IMG/VR virus record: IMGVR_UViG_3300033073_001657
Location: 1 to 29,418 of that record
DNA from: a virus
Taxonomy: Duplodnaviria > Heunggongvirae > Uroviricota > Caudoviricetes
Length of the DNA stretch: 29,418 bases
Strand: one strand, 5' to 3'
Shown here: positions 8,386-16,596 of the stretch, one piece after another
How positions within the stretch are numbered: position 1 is the stretch's first letter
How the letters are laid out: each line of letters begins with the position of its first letter
The notes under the pieces: generated by a model
Databases searched by the model: none
What the model saw: the letters and a program-made list of their open reading frames with translations, nothing else
What the model was told of the DNA's origin: nothing
Program-made: the position numbers and the translations under genes

Positions 8386-8988
8386 TTAGCTAATATATTT
8401 AATAATTCTTAGTGGGTCTGAATATTCAGAAGGAGGACTTGCGTCAGTTGGATCCTGTACACCGTCTAAATCATAATCATTATAAATAGATCCATAACCA
8501 ATAGTTCCATTAGGTGAACTTCCGCCTTGTGGTAAATCAGACTGATTAGTCAATTGCTCCATTAATTTCCATCGAACTACCGTTTCTCCAGTAACAAGTT
8601 TTAAGGTAATCGATTTTCTTTTTTCTTGTAATATCGTACCTACTCCTATTGAGTATCCTGGATTTCCAGATGGTTGTGAGGCAGCAGTTTCCGTATATAC
8701 TTCATCATAAAAGTCAATTAAATCTTCAATATTTGAAAATATTAAATCGTTTCCGTTAATTGAATGGATATTACTTGTCTGTGCTATTACTGACTCTACA
8801 TCAGCTATTGGATATATCCAAGAAGTATTAATTATTACGATATATTTATTAAGTAGTGCACTAGATCCAGCAGCTGCCGCTGCCATCGCTGCACTATACA
8901 TAGCTTGTTCGAAAAGAATTTGCTCTTCCATTTCTTTACGAGCTTTCAATTGTTCCGGAGTCTCATGTCCCCAATTTATAAATGACAT
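8386..8988 (-). CDS. Hypothetical protein
   Basis: 200-aa ORF with an Ala-rich linker (AAMAAAAAGSSA); last gene of the minus-strand head block. Confidence 0.75.
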   Translation of the reverse strand: MSFINWGHETPEQLKARKEMEEQILFEQAMYSAAMAAAAAGSSALLNKYIVIINTSWIYPIADVESVIAQTSNIHSINGNDLIFSNIEDLIDFYDEVYTETAASQPSGNPGYSIGVGTILQEKRKSITLKLVTGETVVRWKLMEQLTNQSDLPQGGSSPNGTIGYGSIYNDYDLDGVQDPTDASPPSEYSDPLRIIKYIS

Positions 8989-9008
8989 ACCATTTTATTA
9001 TTTTAAAG

Positions 9009-9728
9009 TTAGATCTTTATTTTATAGGCAGTTGTCTTAGCGACTCCTTTTAATTCTTTTAGCGGTTCACATGAGTGTAACTGTAATTCTGAAAGTAATC
9101 GACCACTTCGCTTACGTTTACCTTCCCAACATCTTTGTTGATAATCAATAATCTCTAGCTTACGACTCTTCTTAGAAACCAAGTCTTCGATTTTCTTCTC
9201 TTCATCTTTAGGCAAAGCATCGGTAAAACTAAAGGACACATATCCAGGTTCAGAAACAGTCGATTCCATTCTAGATGCAGTGTTTACTGTGTTTCCAAAA
9301 TAGTCCCATAATTTCTTGCCTTGAATATCAGTCTGTTTCTTATATAGTGGGCCCCAGCAGATTCCTAATCGGATTGTCATGTTCTTATCCTTAATCTTGA
9401 TCGGATCGTTCTTAAGGTCTTCCTGTATCTCCATGCCTGCTTCTACCGCTCTAAGTAAAGAGTCCTTTCCTTCAAAGCTTACCATATAGCTATCACCAAT
9501 CGTTTTTACTATCATTCCATTGAATTTTGAGACGACCTTTATCATTCTTTTACTATGCTCTTCTAGTGCATCAAACATGCCAGATTGGTGTAGTTTCCAT
9601 AATTTGGAACTCGACTTAACGTCCGTAAAAAGTATAGCCTGTTCTTTCTCTTCAAGCTTTTTTAGAGAGTCAATGCTCTCCCAAATTGGATATGAGACTA
9701 AGTATTTCATTGATCGAGGATCTTGCAT
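9009..9728 (-). CDS. Class III adenylate cyclase (stand-alone catalytic domain); alternative start at ATG 9710
   Basis: ILFTDVKSS (metal Asp 1), IVKTIGDSYM (Lys + metal Asp 2), IRLGICWGP, WDYFGNTVNTASRME (Asp, Asn, Arg). Confidence 0.9.
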   Translation of the reverse strand: MQDPRSMKYLVSYPIWESIDSLKKLEEKEQAILFTDVKSSSKLWKLHQSGMFDALEEHSKRMIKVVSKFNGMIVKTIGDSYMVSFEGKDSLLRAVEAGMEIQEDLKNDPIKIKDKNMTIRLGICWGPLYKKQTDIQGKKLWDYFGNTVNTASRMESTVSEPGYVSFSFTDALPKDEEKKIEDLVSKKSRKLEIIDYQQRCWEGKRKRSGRLLSELQLHSCEPLKELKGVAKTTAYKIKI

Positions 9729-9740
9729 CTTTAATTGTAA

Positions 9741-10109
9741 TTATTTTAGAGTCAATAAATACTTAAGCTTATTGATTGCGCCTAGCATCTCATCTCGTAG
9801 GTTTAAAAGATCGCTGTCCTTATTACTATCTAGCTTATGATTAAAAGATAATAAGAATTCAGTGATAGTCTCTAAGAATTCCTCTATGTTAACCTCTCCA
9901 ATGTTTCCCAATAAGATAGCATCTGATTCTCCTTCTAGGGCAACTCTTCCATATTTACCCATATATGTTTCCATAAACTCGTCTGATAGGTCACTAAGGG
10001 TATCATAGATTCCACCGTATGCTTGATGTTTAGCATAAGATTGCGTTTGCCAATGAAACACTTTAAATTGAGACTGTATCCCTAAGAAGGTTGACATTAA
10101 ACTTGTCAT
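9741..10109 (-). CDS. Ferritin/Dps-like four-helix protein (DUF5856-like); start probably ATG 10109
   Basis: KVFHWQTQSYAKHQAYGGIYD...DEFMETYMGKYGR and DLLNLRDEMLGAINKLKYLLTLK. The longer 10148 start would run through the promoter motif. Confidence 0.75.
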   Translation of the reverse strand: MTSLMSTFLGIQSQFKVFHWQTQSYAKHQAYGGIYDTLSDLSDEFMETYMGKYGRVALEGESDAILLGNIGEVNIEEFLETITEFLLSFNHKLDSNKDSDLLNLRDEMLGAINKLKYLLTLK

Positions 10110-10128
10110 AATTTTTATAAGTTTTTTA

Positions 10129-10137
10129 TTATTTATC
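10129..10137 (-). promoter_or_regulatory. T4-late-like promoter GATAAATAA(TAAAA)
   Basis: Lies between the capsid terminator and ATG 10109. Confidence 0.6.
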
Positions 10138-10146
10138 TCAATAAAC

Positions 10147-10177
10147 AAAAAAAGAGGACTCTTTCGAATCCTCTTTT
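10147..10177 (-). terminator. Intrinsic terminator after the major capsid gene
   Basis: Minus strand GAGGATTC-GAAA-GAGTCCTC followed by 7 T. Confidence 0.85.
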
Positions 10178-10202
10178 GTATTAAGATTTACTCTTTACTT
10201 GA

Positions 10203-11849
10203 TTATGCTATTGTAGCAAATGGTAATGAACCAGTAAGAGTCGCGATAGCGTCTGAAGTTACATCAATACTAATGTATTGAGTTTCAGGGTGCCATCCTG
10301 CTTCAGTAATCGCGTATCTTGATTTCATACCGATTTTTGGAGAGAATGTTCCTTCAGAGATAGTCTGAAGAGATTCAGCCATGATGTATGGCATGAATTT
10401 AACACCTGGTTCTTCGTCAGCACCTTTACGTCCAATTACGATTCTTGAGTCTCCCCAAGCCATGTTAGGATCAACGTAAACTTGTACTCCATAAACTTTA
10501 CCAGCTGGGTAAAGGTTACCTGCAACTCCACCCATATCAGTTGGAACTTGTGCGATTGAGTAACCAGCAACATCAGCCATTGCAGAAGCAACACGTCCGT
10601 TAGTTACTAAGAAAGTACCAGCTCCAAAACGTCCTCTGTGGTAAATCAAGTTTGCCATTTCAAGAACTTTTGTAACCAATCTTCTTTGTAATGTAGAAGT
10701 GTTATCAAATCCACCAGCTTGTAGGTCAAGAGTATTAATACCTCCACCTTCAACTAGGTTAACTTCAGTTGCGTGAACATCAGCTAATTGTAATACTCGG
10801 TCAACTAATCTTTTGTTGATTGATTGAGCTAAGTCATTAACCGCTACGTTTTCCAACATAGAGATAACGTCATAATTCCAAACTCTGTTCAAGTCTTGGA
10901 TTTGCTCAACTGTTGCAGAGATAGATACTTGATCAGTCTCAGCTTCAACAAACTTAGTGAACATTCTTAATCCCATTTGACGGAATTTAGAGTTCTCACC
11001 ATCTGCTCTTTTCATTGATCCAGGTACATTTCCTGTATCAGGAAGGTATGAACCATTGAATGCAGTAGTTGCATAATCAGCATCAGATACTGAAGTAAAA
11101 CCAGAAATATGATTTTCTAGTGCAGAAACTAGAGATACTGCAGTTGCATTACCAGATGTATCACCATTGATAGTAATAGTGTTACCTACGATTGAGTTAG
11201 CTAATGTGCTTCCTGCATTAACTTCATCAACTACTTTAGCGATCAATTGACCATCTACACGAGAGTATCCTACGAAATCAAGTGTAAAGTCTCCTGCACC
11301 ACCACCACTAACTGTGATAGAATCACCTGGATTTGGAGTTGGATTGAAGTCAGCTGCCGTAACGCCTTCGATTTTAACTAAATAAGGATCGAAATCACCA
11401 GCACCAGTTCTACCACCTGCATATAAATAATCCAAGTAAGGAAGGAATCCAACTGGAGAATCCATAGGGATAACTGGAACTAGGTCGAAACCAATAGTTT
11501 TTGCTGCTACTTGAATAGCAACTGGTAAAAGTGATGGAAATTTATCACCAGAACCATTAGCGTCTGCGCCGAATGAATTTTTAGCACCTGCAGTGAACGG
11601 AGTCATTGCTGATGTTGGAGCAGATGGATTTCCCATAAAACCACCAAGAGAACCTGGAGTTTGGAAAAATACACCTGGAGCAGTGTTTTCAAAGATCGGT
11701 GTAGTGTTATCAAAAATCGCGTGGTTGTGAGCATACTCAGCTAACCATGGAGTTTTAGCAACATCCGCACCGTAACCTTCTAAAATCGGCTGCCATGTGT
11801 TCGTTAAGCGATTGTCGCTTGAACGCTTGAAAATTTTAGTACGTGCCAT
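10203..11849 (-). CDS. gp23: Major capsid protein, T4 gp23-like
   Basis: DLVPVIPMDSPVGFLPYLDY, VEAETDQV, ENVAVNDLAQSINKRLV, AGKVYGVQVYVDP, FMPYIM, FSPKIGMKSRYA. Lies directly after the protease/scaffold gene and is followed by a terminator. Confidence 0.9.
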   Translation of the reverse strand: MARTKIFKRSSDNRLTNTWQPILEGYGADVAKTPWLAEYAHNHAIFDNTTPIFENTAPGVFFQTPGSLGGFMGNPSAPTSAMTPFTAGAKNSFGADANGSGDKFPSLLPVAIQVAAKTIGFDLVPVIPMDSPVGFLPYLDYLYAGGRTGAGDFDPYLVKIEGVTAADFNPTPNPGDSITVSGGGAGDFTLDFVGYSRVDGQLIAKVVDEVNAGSTLANSIVGNTITINGDTSGNATAVSLVSALENHISGFTSVSDADYATTAFNGSYLPDTGNVPGSMKRADGENSKFRQMGLRMFTKFVEAETDQVSISATVEQIQDLNRVWNYDVISMLENVAVNDLAQSINKRLVDRVLQLADVHATEVNLVEGGGINTLDLQAGGFDNTSTLQRRLVTKVLEMANLIYHRGRFGAGTFLVTNGRVASAMADVAGYSIAQVPTDMGGVAGNLYPAGKVYGVQVYVDPNMAWGDSRIVIGRKGADEEPGVKFMPYIMAESLQTISEGTFSPKIGMKSRYAITEAGWHPETQYISIDVTSDAIATLTGSLPFATIA

Positions 11850-11876
11850 TTGTTAAAATGATTTTTTTATTTTTTG

Positions 11877-13850
11877 TTACAATCTAGAGTTTGCGCCTCT
11901 TAGCATAGTCTCTAAGTAACCTTGAGAGTAACCTCTCTGCATCTCAACAACCTGATCTACAGGTATTAGGCCTTCTGTACTTTGGCTTTCGTTGAGTTGT
12001 TGCATTTTTTTATTGTTATGTTTTTGAATTTCAATTCTTTCATTGATACCTCTCATATCAAGATCATCCCAAAATGCTTTAACTTGGTATGGAGTGTTTA
12101 CGTTATAAAGTTGTGCTTTAGCGTGAACTTTACTTTTTTCACTCTCATTCATTTCATTCCAAGTAGGTTTGTATTCTGCTGGCATGAATCTGATATAAGT
12201 AGGGATATTTTGCTCTTTGTGGTTTACCACTGCTTCCATGATTCCAACGATATCATTTTCGTTAAACCATACTGATCCGTTAAGAGCTTCAACAATTGCT
12301 TGTTTAGTATTTGATTCTAATCCAAAGAAAGATTTCTTATTAGCTTCGCTCATAACCTTTAAGAAAGGATATTTGCTTTCAAGAACAGCTTTAGAAGATT
12401 TATCATTTACTTCAGTGATTACTTGATCAACTTTAGAGATTAAATTATCAATAGAGTTAGATTCATCTAATTTAGAAACTCCTCCTAGAACGTTTCTTAC
12501 TCCTACTGTATTTCCTTCTCCTAAAGATTCAGCGATGTATTCAGCATAACCGATAGTTTTACCAACTGTCTCAGCTAAATATTGAGCATAATCACGATTC
12601 AAGTTAATGTTTTCAGAAAGATATTCTCCGAATTCGATTGAACGATTAGTTCCTTCAGCAACATATTCAGTGTATTGAATATTTTTATCTAGCTCTTCAG
12701 CCAAATAATTTTGGTATTTAATAGAGTTATTTACGTTTTCTTTGATATATTCAGCGTAATTAATTGACTCATTTAATTTTTCAGAAATGTAACTTTGGTA
12801 GTTAACTGACTGATTCAATTTTTCTCCTAAATAAGAAGAATATTCAATTGAATTGTTAACTGTTTCAGATACATGTTCAGTATAACTAATTGACTCATTC
12901 AATTTATGAGAAAGGTAATCAGCGAAATTAACGACTCCTTCTAATGATTCTGCTAAATAATTAACAAATCCAATTAGTTCAGAATTACTAGTTCCAGTTG
13001 ATTTAGCAGACTCAAGAATAGACTTGTGATTCTTAATTTCTTTCTTAATCCCATTGAATTGTGTTTTAAGAACTTCTGAATATTTGTCCATTTGTTCTTT
13101 TGTTACAAACTCGGCCATCGTGTTGTTATTTTTTTGTTCTTGCAAAGTCCCTTGGAATTGTATTCCTGAACTATTTTCTAATTTATTTATCTTATAAACT
13201 TTAAAATTATCCGCGAAGTTTAAACTTTCCGAAATATCCATTAATCCAGATTTTTGAATAAATGAATTTTCTTTCATTGCGTTATAGCTTTCAGTAATCA
13301 TTGAAAAATCGCTCTTTAAAGACTCGCTAACAGTTTTACGTAAGATCGCTTCAGTAAATCCAGGTTCACCTACTAAATCGTAAGTAAAAATTCGTTGTAG
13401 TTTTACATTACCGCTCTCACTAACTTGACCAGCTGCTCTTGAAGAAACAGATAATTGAACTCCTCCATCAAGTAACGCTTTCGCTAATTTACCGTGTGGA
13501 GTGTTTTCTAATAGTCGAACTTTAATGTATACTTTGTCACCACCATCATAATTAAGAGCTTCGATAATATGAGAAGCTTCGCTTAATTTTGGTTCAAAGT
13601 GTTGAGGATGGTCTACCGTTCCTACCAACTGTCTTTTTGAGATCTTATCTTGAAGATAAGTAAGGTGTGGAAGGTATTCTGATTTTTCATAGACTCTTCG
13701 GTTATTGTTCATTTGACCGAATACTGCACATACTCCTTCAAGTACTGCACCTGATGCTGATGACTCTCTTACTTGAAGTTTTTCACCAACATTTTCAACG
13801 ACTAGCACCCAGTCGCCATAGTTAATTTGTGCTGAATTTAGATTTGACAA
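11877..13850 (-). CDS. gp21: Prohead core protease (gp21-like) fused to a scaffold-like region (TTG start)
   Basis: VLEGVCAVFGQMNNNRRVY, LVGTVDHP, VQLSVSSRAAG, YDLVGEPGF in aa ~35-170, then a helical repeat region. Confidence 0.88.
   Translation of the reverse strand: MSNLNSAQINYGDWVLVVENVGEKLQVRESSASGAVLEGVCAVFGQMNNNRRVYEKSEYLPHLTYLQDKISKRQLVGTVDHPQHFEPKLSEASHIIEALNYDGGDKVYIKVRLLENTPHGKLAKALLDGGVQLSVSSRAAGQVSESGNVKLQRIFTYDLVGEPGFTEAILRKTVSESLKSDFSMITESYNAMKENSFIQKSGLMDISESLNFADNFKVYKINKLENSSGIQFQGTLQEQKNNNTMAEFVTKEQMDKYSEVLKTQFNGIKKEIKNHKSILESAKSTGTSNSELIGFVNYLAESLEGVVNFADYLSHKLNESISYTEHVSETVNNSIEYSSYLGEKLNQSVNYQSYISEKLNESINYAEYIKENVNNSIKYQNYLAEELDKNIQYTEYVAEGTNRSIEFGEYLSENINLNRDYAQYLAETVGKTIGYAEYIAESLGEGNTVGVRNVLGGVSKLDESNSIDNLISKVDQVITEVNDKSSKAVLESKYPFLKVMSEANKKSFFGLESNTKQAIVEALNGSVWFNENDIVGIMEAVVNHKEQNIPTYIRFMPAEYKPTWNEMNESEKSKVHAKAQLYNVNTPYQVKAFWDDLDMRGINERIEIQKHNNKKMQQLNESQSTEGLIPVDQVVEMQRGYSQGYLETMLRGANSRL
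12507..12968 (-). repeat. Eleven tandem 14-aa (42-nt) degenerate coding repeats in the scaffold region
   Basis: FVNYLAESLEGVVN / FADYLSHKLNESIS / YTEHVSETVNNSIE / YSSYLGEKLNQSVN / YQSYISEKLNESIN / YAEYIKENVNNSIK / YQNYLAEELDKNIQ / YTEYVAEGTNRSIE / FGEYLSENINLNRD / YAQYLAETVGKTIG / YAEYIAESLGEGNT. Confidence 0.9.
13183..13191 (-). promoter_or_regulatory. Possible internal late promoter GATAAATAA
   Basis: Inside the protease-scaffold linker, ~65 nt upstream of in-frame ATG 13118. Confidence 0.4.
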
Positions 13851-13868
13851 AGCCCAAAATATTTTTTA

Positions 13869-13877
13869 TTATTTATT
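13869..13877 (-). promoter_or_regulatory. T4-late-like promoter (T)AATAAATAA(TAAAA)
   Basis: Intergenic, upstream of the protease TTG start. Confidence 0.6.
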
Positions 13878-13896
13878 AAGAGCTATTTGAAACTTT

Positions 13897-14907
13897 TTAA
13901 GTTTTATTTTCGTAATCTGATAATATCGATTTTAATTTTAATAAATCTTCATTCGATATGTCTTCTATTTGAGGCAACACGACATTAAACTTGACTAAGT
14001 ATTCTCCAATCTTTCCTTGATCGTTTAATATTCCTTCATTAGGTATTGAGAATTTTAAATTTGAAGCAGACTTGGGATTATTAAAATCGACTTCATACTT
14101 CTTATTTACCAGGGTTTCAATCTTTGTCTTTTCTTCACCTGCCAAGACTCTAATTAGCGGAATATCGACTGTGTGGATTATTCTATTCTCTTCAATCTTT
14201 ATTTTTTCTGGAACTATTAATTCTAATGTGACTAATAGATCTCCCATTAGAGGAACCTGTTCAATATCGCCCCATATGTTTAATTGACTGCTGACATCCT
14301 CATTTCCAAGCTTAGGCACTCTTGCCGATACTATATAAGCTTCACCATCTCTTTTGATAAGAATATATTTTGATCTTAGATCAATAGTTATCGCTATATC
14401 CCTCTCCTCTTCTATTTTATCAAAGGTCAAAAGGTTGCCTGATTTTCCAGTATAATTGATTTTTTCTCGAGTAAAGCTCAGTTCAATCTTTTTTCCCAAC
14501 ATTGCATCCTTTAACTCTAGCTTATCATGAACATATATGTTTAGATGATCTGTGCTTGGTGGAGCGGAATGAGTTTTACCCTGAGTTTTTCTAGCTCTTT
14601 CAGATGATCTTCTCCTAAAGTCAGAGTCTGAAAAATTTCTAACGAAATCATCAAATCCAAATCCACCAGAAGTCTCGCTAAATCTGCTTGAATTCCAAGG
14701 ATTTGAGTTCTTTTTATCGTATTCTGCTCTCTTCTTCTCATCACTCAATACCGTATATGAATCTGAAATCTTTTTAAAGAGTTCCTCTGACTCCTTATCA
14801 CCATTCGTTTTATCTGGATGATATTTTATTGCGAGTTTTCGATATGCTTTTTTTATCTCGTCTTGGGTAGCAGTTTTTGAAACTCCTAAGTTCGTATAGT
14901 GATCCAT
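13897..14907 (-). CDS. dnaJ: DnaJ-like chaperone (J domain + C-terminal domain, no Zn finger)
   Basis: [32 protein letters not shown] (HPD motif), G/F-rich GGFGFDDF, C-terminal IPNEGI...[12 protein letters not shown]. Confidence 0.9.
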   Translation of the reverse strand: MDHYTNLGVSKTATQDEIKKAYRKLAIKYHPDKTNGDKESEELFKKISDSYTVLSDEKKRAEYDKKNSNPWNSSRFSETSGGFGFDDFVRNFSDSDFRRRSSERARKTQGKTHSAPPSTDHLNIYVHDKLELKDAMLGKKIELSFTREKINYTGKSGNLLTFDKIEEERDIAITIDLRSKYILIKRDGEAYIVSARVPKLGNEDVSSQLNIWGDIEQVPLMGDLLVTLELIVPEKIKIEENRIIHTVDIPLIRVLAGEEKTKIETLVNKKYEVDFNNPKSASNLKFSIPNEGILNDQGKIGEYLVKFNVVLPQIEDISNEDLLKLKSILSDYENKT

Positions 14908-14970
14908 TAATTGGGATTTTTTCTAAACTTGATCTAATTTATATTGTATAAGAAAAAAAGAAAAGGTTCT

Positions 14971-15732
14971 ATGGAAAAGTCTAAGGTGTGTGTATCAATA
15001 GATTGGAAGGCGACTGATTCTCTAAATAGTCTAACGATATTAAAGAATTTAATTAAGTCATTTGATGGTACTCGAGTCGATTATATCACTCTTGATCTCT
15101 ATAAATGCTCGATGATTAACGTTAATATGTGCGATGAACTTGATAATTTTTGTAGAGAACGAGGAATCTCATGGTTTCCAATAGTCACCTCAATTAGAGC
15201 AATTAACTTAACTCGACCTTATTATTCTAAATTACCGAACGGTAAAATTGGCTACATGGTAGGGATTCCTTCCGACTGTATTAAAGACACGAGTCTTCTC
15301 AGCCACGCTAGGGATAGTTCAGATTATCTGGTCCTATACACTGGCGGATGCACACAAAAAGAGATCGATCGAGCGATTGAGGCCGCTCAACCAGATCTAG
15401 TTATTCATCACTCTCAAGGAGAAGTCAGATTAGATTACATAAAATATCTTCAGGGAATTACGATCGAATTTGAAAAACGATATATTACTGGATTTAAAAA
15501 TAATTACCTAACGAGCTCCTCTCTTCTACTTGCTGCTCATATGCTGGACGCAAAGTTCCTAGAATTTACAATTGAAGTAACAGATGATGTCACTGAATAT
15601 TATCTGGATAGCCCAGGAGTATTCGATCAGTATTATCAATTGGTAAATGATCTTGATCTAATAGATAACTCTAGAGGAGGTTATGAGGCCCGCAAGCTAA
15701 GTAAACGGGAAAAAGAACTTAAAGGAAAATGA
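14971..15732 (+). CDS. Degenerate NeuB (sialic-acid synthase)-like TIM-barrel protein
   Basis: GIPSDCIKDTSLL..., LVLYTGGCTQKEIDRAI and AAHMLDAKFLEF follow the NeuB pattern (KIAS...LL, LSTGM.T..EI..A, AA.ALGA..IEKH). ATG 14971 preferred over TTG 14944. Confidence 0.5.
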   Translation: MEKSKVCVSIDWKATDSLNSLTILKNLIKSFDGTRVDYITLDLYKCSMINVNMCDELDNFCRERGISWFPIVTSIRAINLTRPYYSKLPNGKIGYMVGIPSDCIKDTSLLSHARDSSDYLVLYTGGCTQKEIDRAIEAAQPDLVIHHSQGEVRLDYIKYLQGITIEFEKRYITGFKNNYLTSSSLLLAAHMLDAKFLEFTIEVTDDVTEYYLDSPGVFDQYYQLVNDLDLIDNSRGGYEARKLSKREKELKGK

Positions 15733-16016
15733 AGATCACATTAAAAAATATCAAACACTATATCGAGGGCAATGTCAAGATGCTTGGAGACAAGATGTAT
15801 CTCCTACCTGAACACGAAAAGGAACAGGTCGCATATCGAGCAATGATTTGTAAAGATGAATGTGTAAAACTTGGATACTGTGTCTATTGTGGATGTGATA
15901 TTCCAGGTAAATTATACGTTAAGGATTCATGTAACGGAGGAGAACGCTTTCCTGACCTCATGAAAAAAGAGGAGTGGGAAAAGTTTAAACTTGATAATGA
16001 GATTAGCCTGGAATAA
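15729..16016 (+). CDS. Cys-rich hypothetical protein (probable metal binder)
   Basis: ICKDECVKLGYCVYCGCDIPGKLYVKDSC; ATGA overlap with the upstream gene. Confidence 0.7.
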   Translation: MKITLKNIKHYIEGNVKMLGDKMYLLPEHEKEQVAYRAMICKDECVKLGYCVYCGCDIPGKLYVKDSCNGGERFPDLMKKEEWEKFKLDNEISLE

Positions 16017-16590
16017 GAGATAATCCTTGAGTAACGATTGATAATGTTTCTACCAGTTTCAATATTGGCGCAGGTAATTCAAATTTCAATTTATTTGCCA
16101 ACATCATCACAGTCGTTAAGGAAGATAGCACAATATTTAGAGTCTTAAGAAGACTCTTTTTTGTTTGTAGAGCAATTCCTAAAGTATATGCTGGATTTGC
16201 TGAAGACGGCGGAACAGAAATTGCAGTAGGAACAACTGTTAATGCCATAGTTGTTTGAACCTCAGTCGGAATAGAATCAAGGGCCTCCTTTGCCGTCTTA
16301 TATTCCTGTTTCATTTTAATGATCTCTTCTTCAACCATCGGTTTTAAGTTTTTCTTCGCATCTTCAATTGCTTTTTTCTTAGCCTCATCCACCTTTGCCG
16401 CAGCTTCATCCTCAGTCATTCCTCTTTCAATGTTTTCTTCTTTTACCTTGTTCAGGTTTTCAAACTGACTCTTTAAAGCATCGTTTTTTTGAACTAAATT
16501 ATCTAGTACCTTGTCTACATTCAGGCCAGGTATATTTTCGCCTAATTTTCCTAATTCAGATATTGCTTTAGTTTGATCTTCTATTGCCAT
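16003..16590 (-). CDS. Hypothetical protein following the baseplate spike gene
   Basis: 195 aa with a charged coiled-coil N-half and a hydrophobic/amphipathic C-half. Confidence 0.7.
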   Translation of the reverse strand: MAIEDQTKAISELGKLGENIPGLNVDKVLDNLVQKNDALKSQFENLNKVKEENIERGMTEDEAAAKVDEAKKKAIEDAKKNLKPMVEEEIIKMKQEYKTAKEALDSIPTEVQTTMALTVVPTAISVPPSSANPAYTLGIALQTKKSLLKTLNIVLSSLTTVMMLANKLKFELPAPILKLVETLSIVTQGLSLIPG

Positions 16591-16596
16591 AACAAT

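Noticed and set aside
12507-12968. 42-nt periodicity as a CRISPR array or DNA-level repeat
   Set aside because: Conservation is at the amino-acid level inside an open reading frame, and the codons are divergent.
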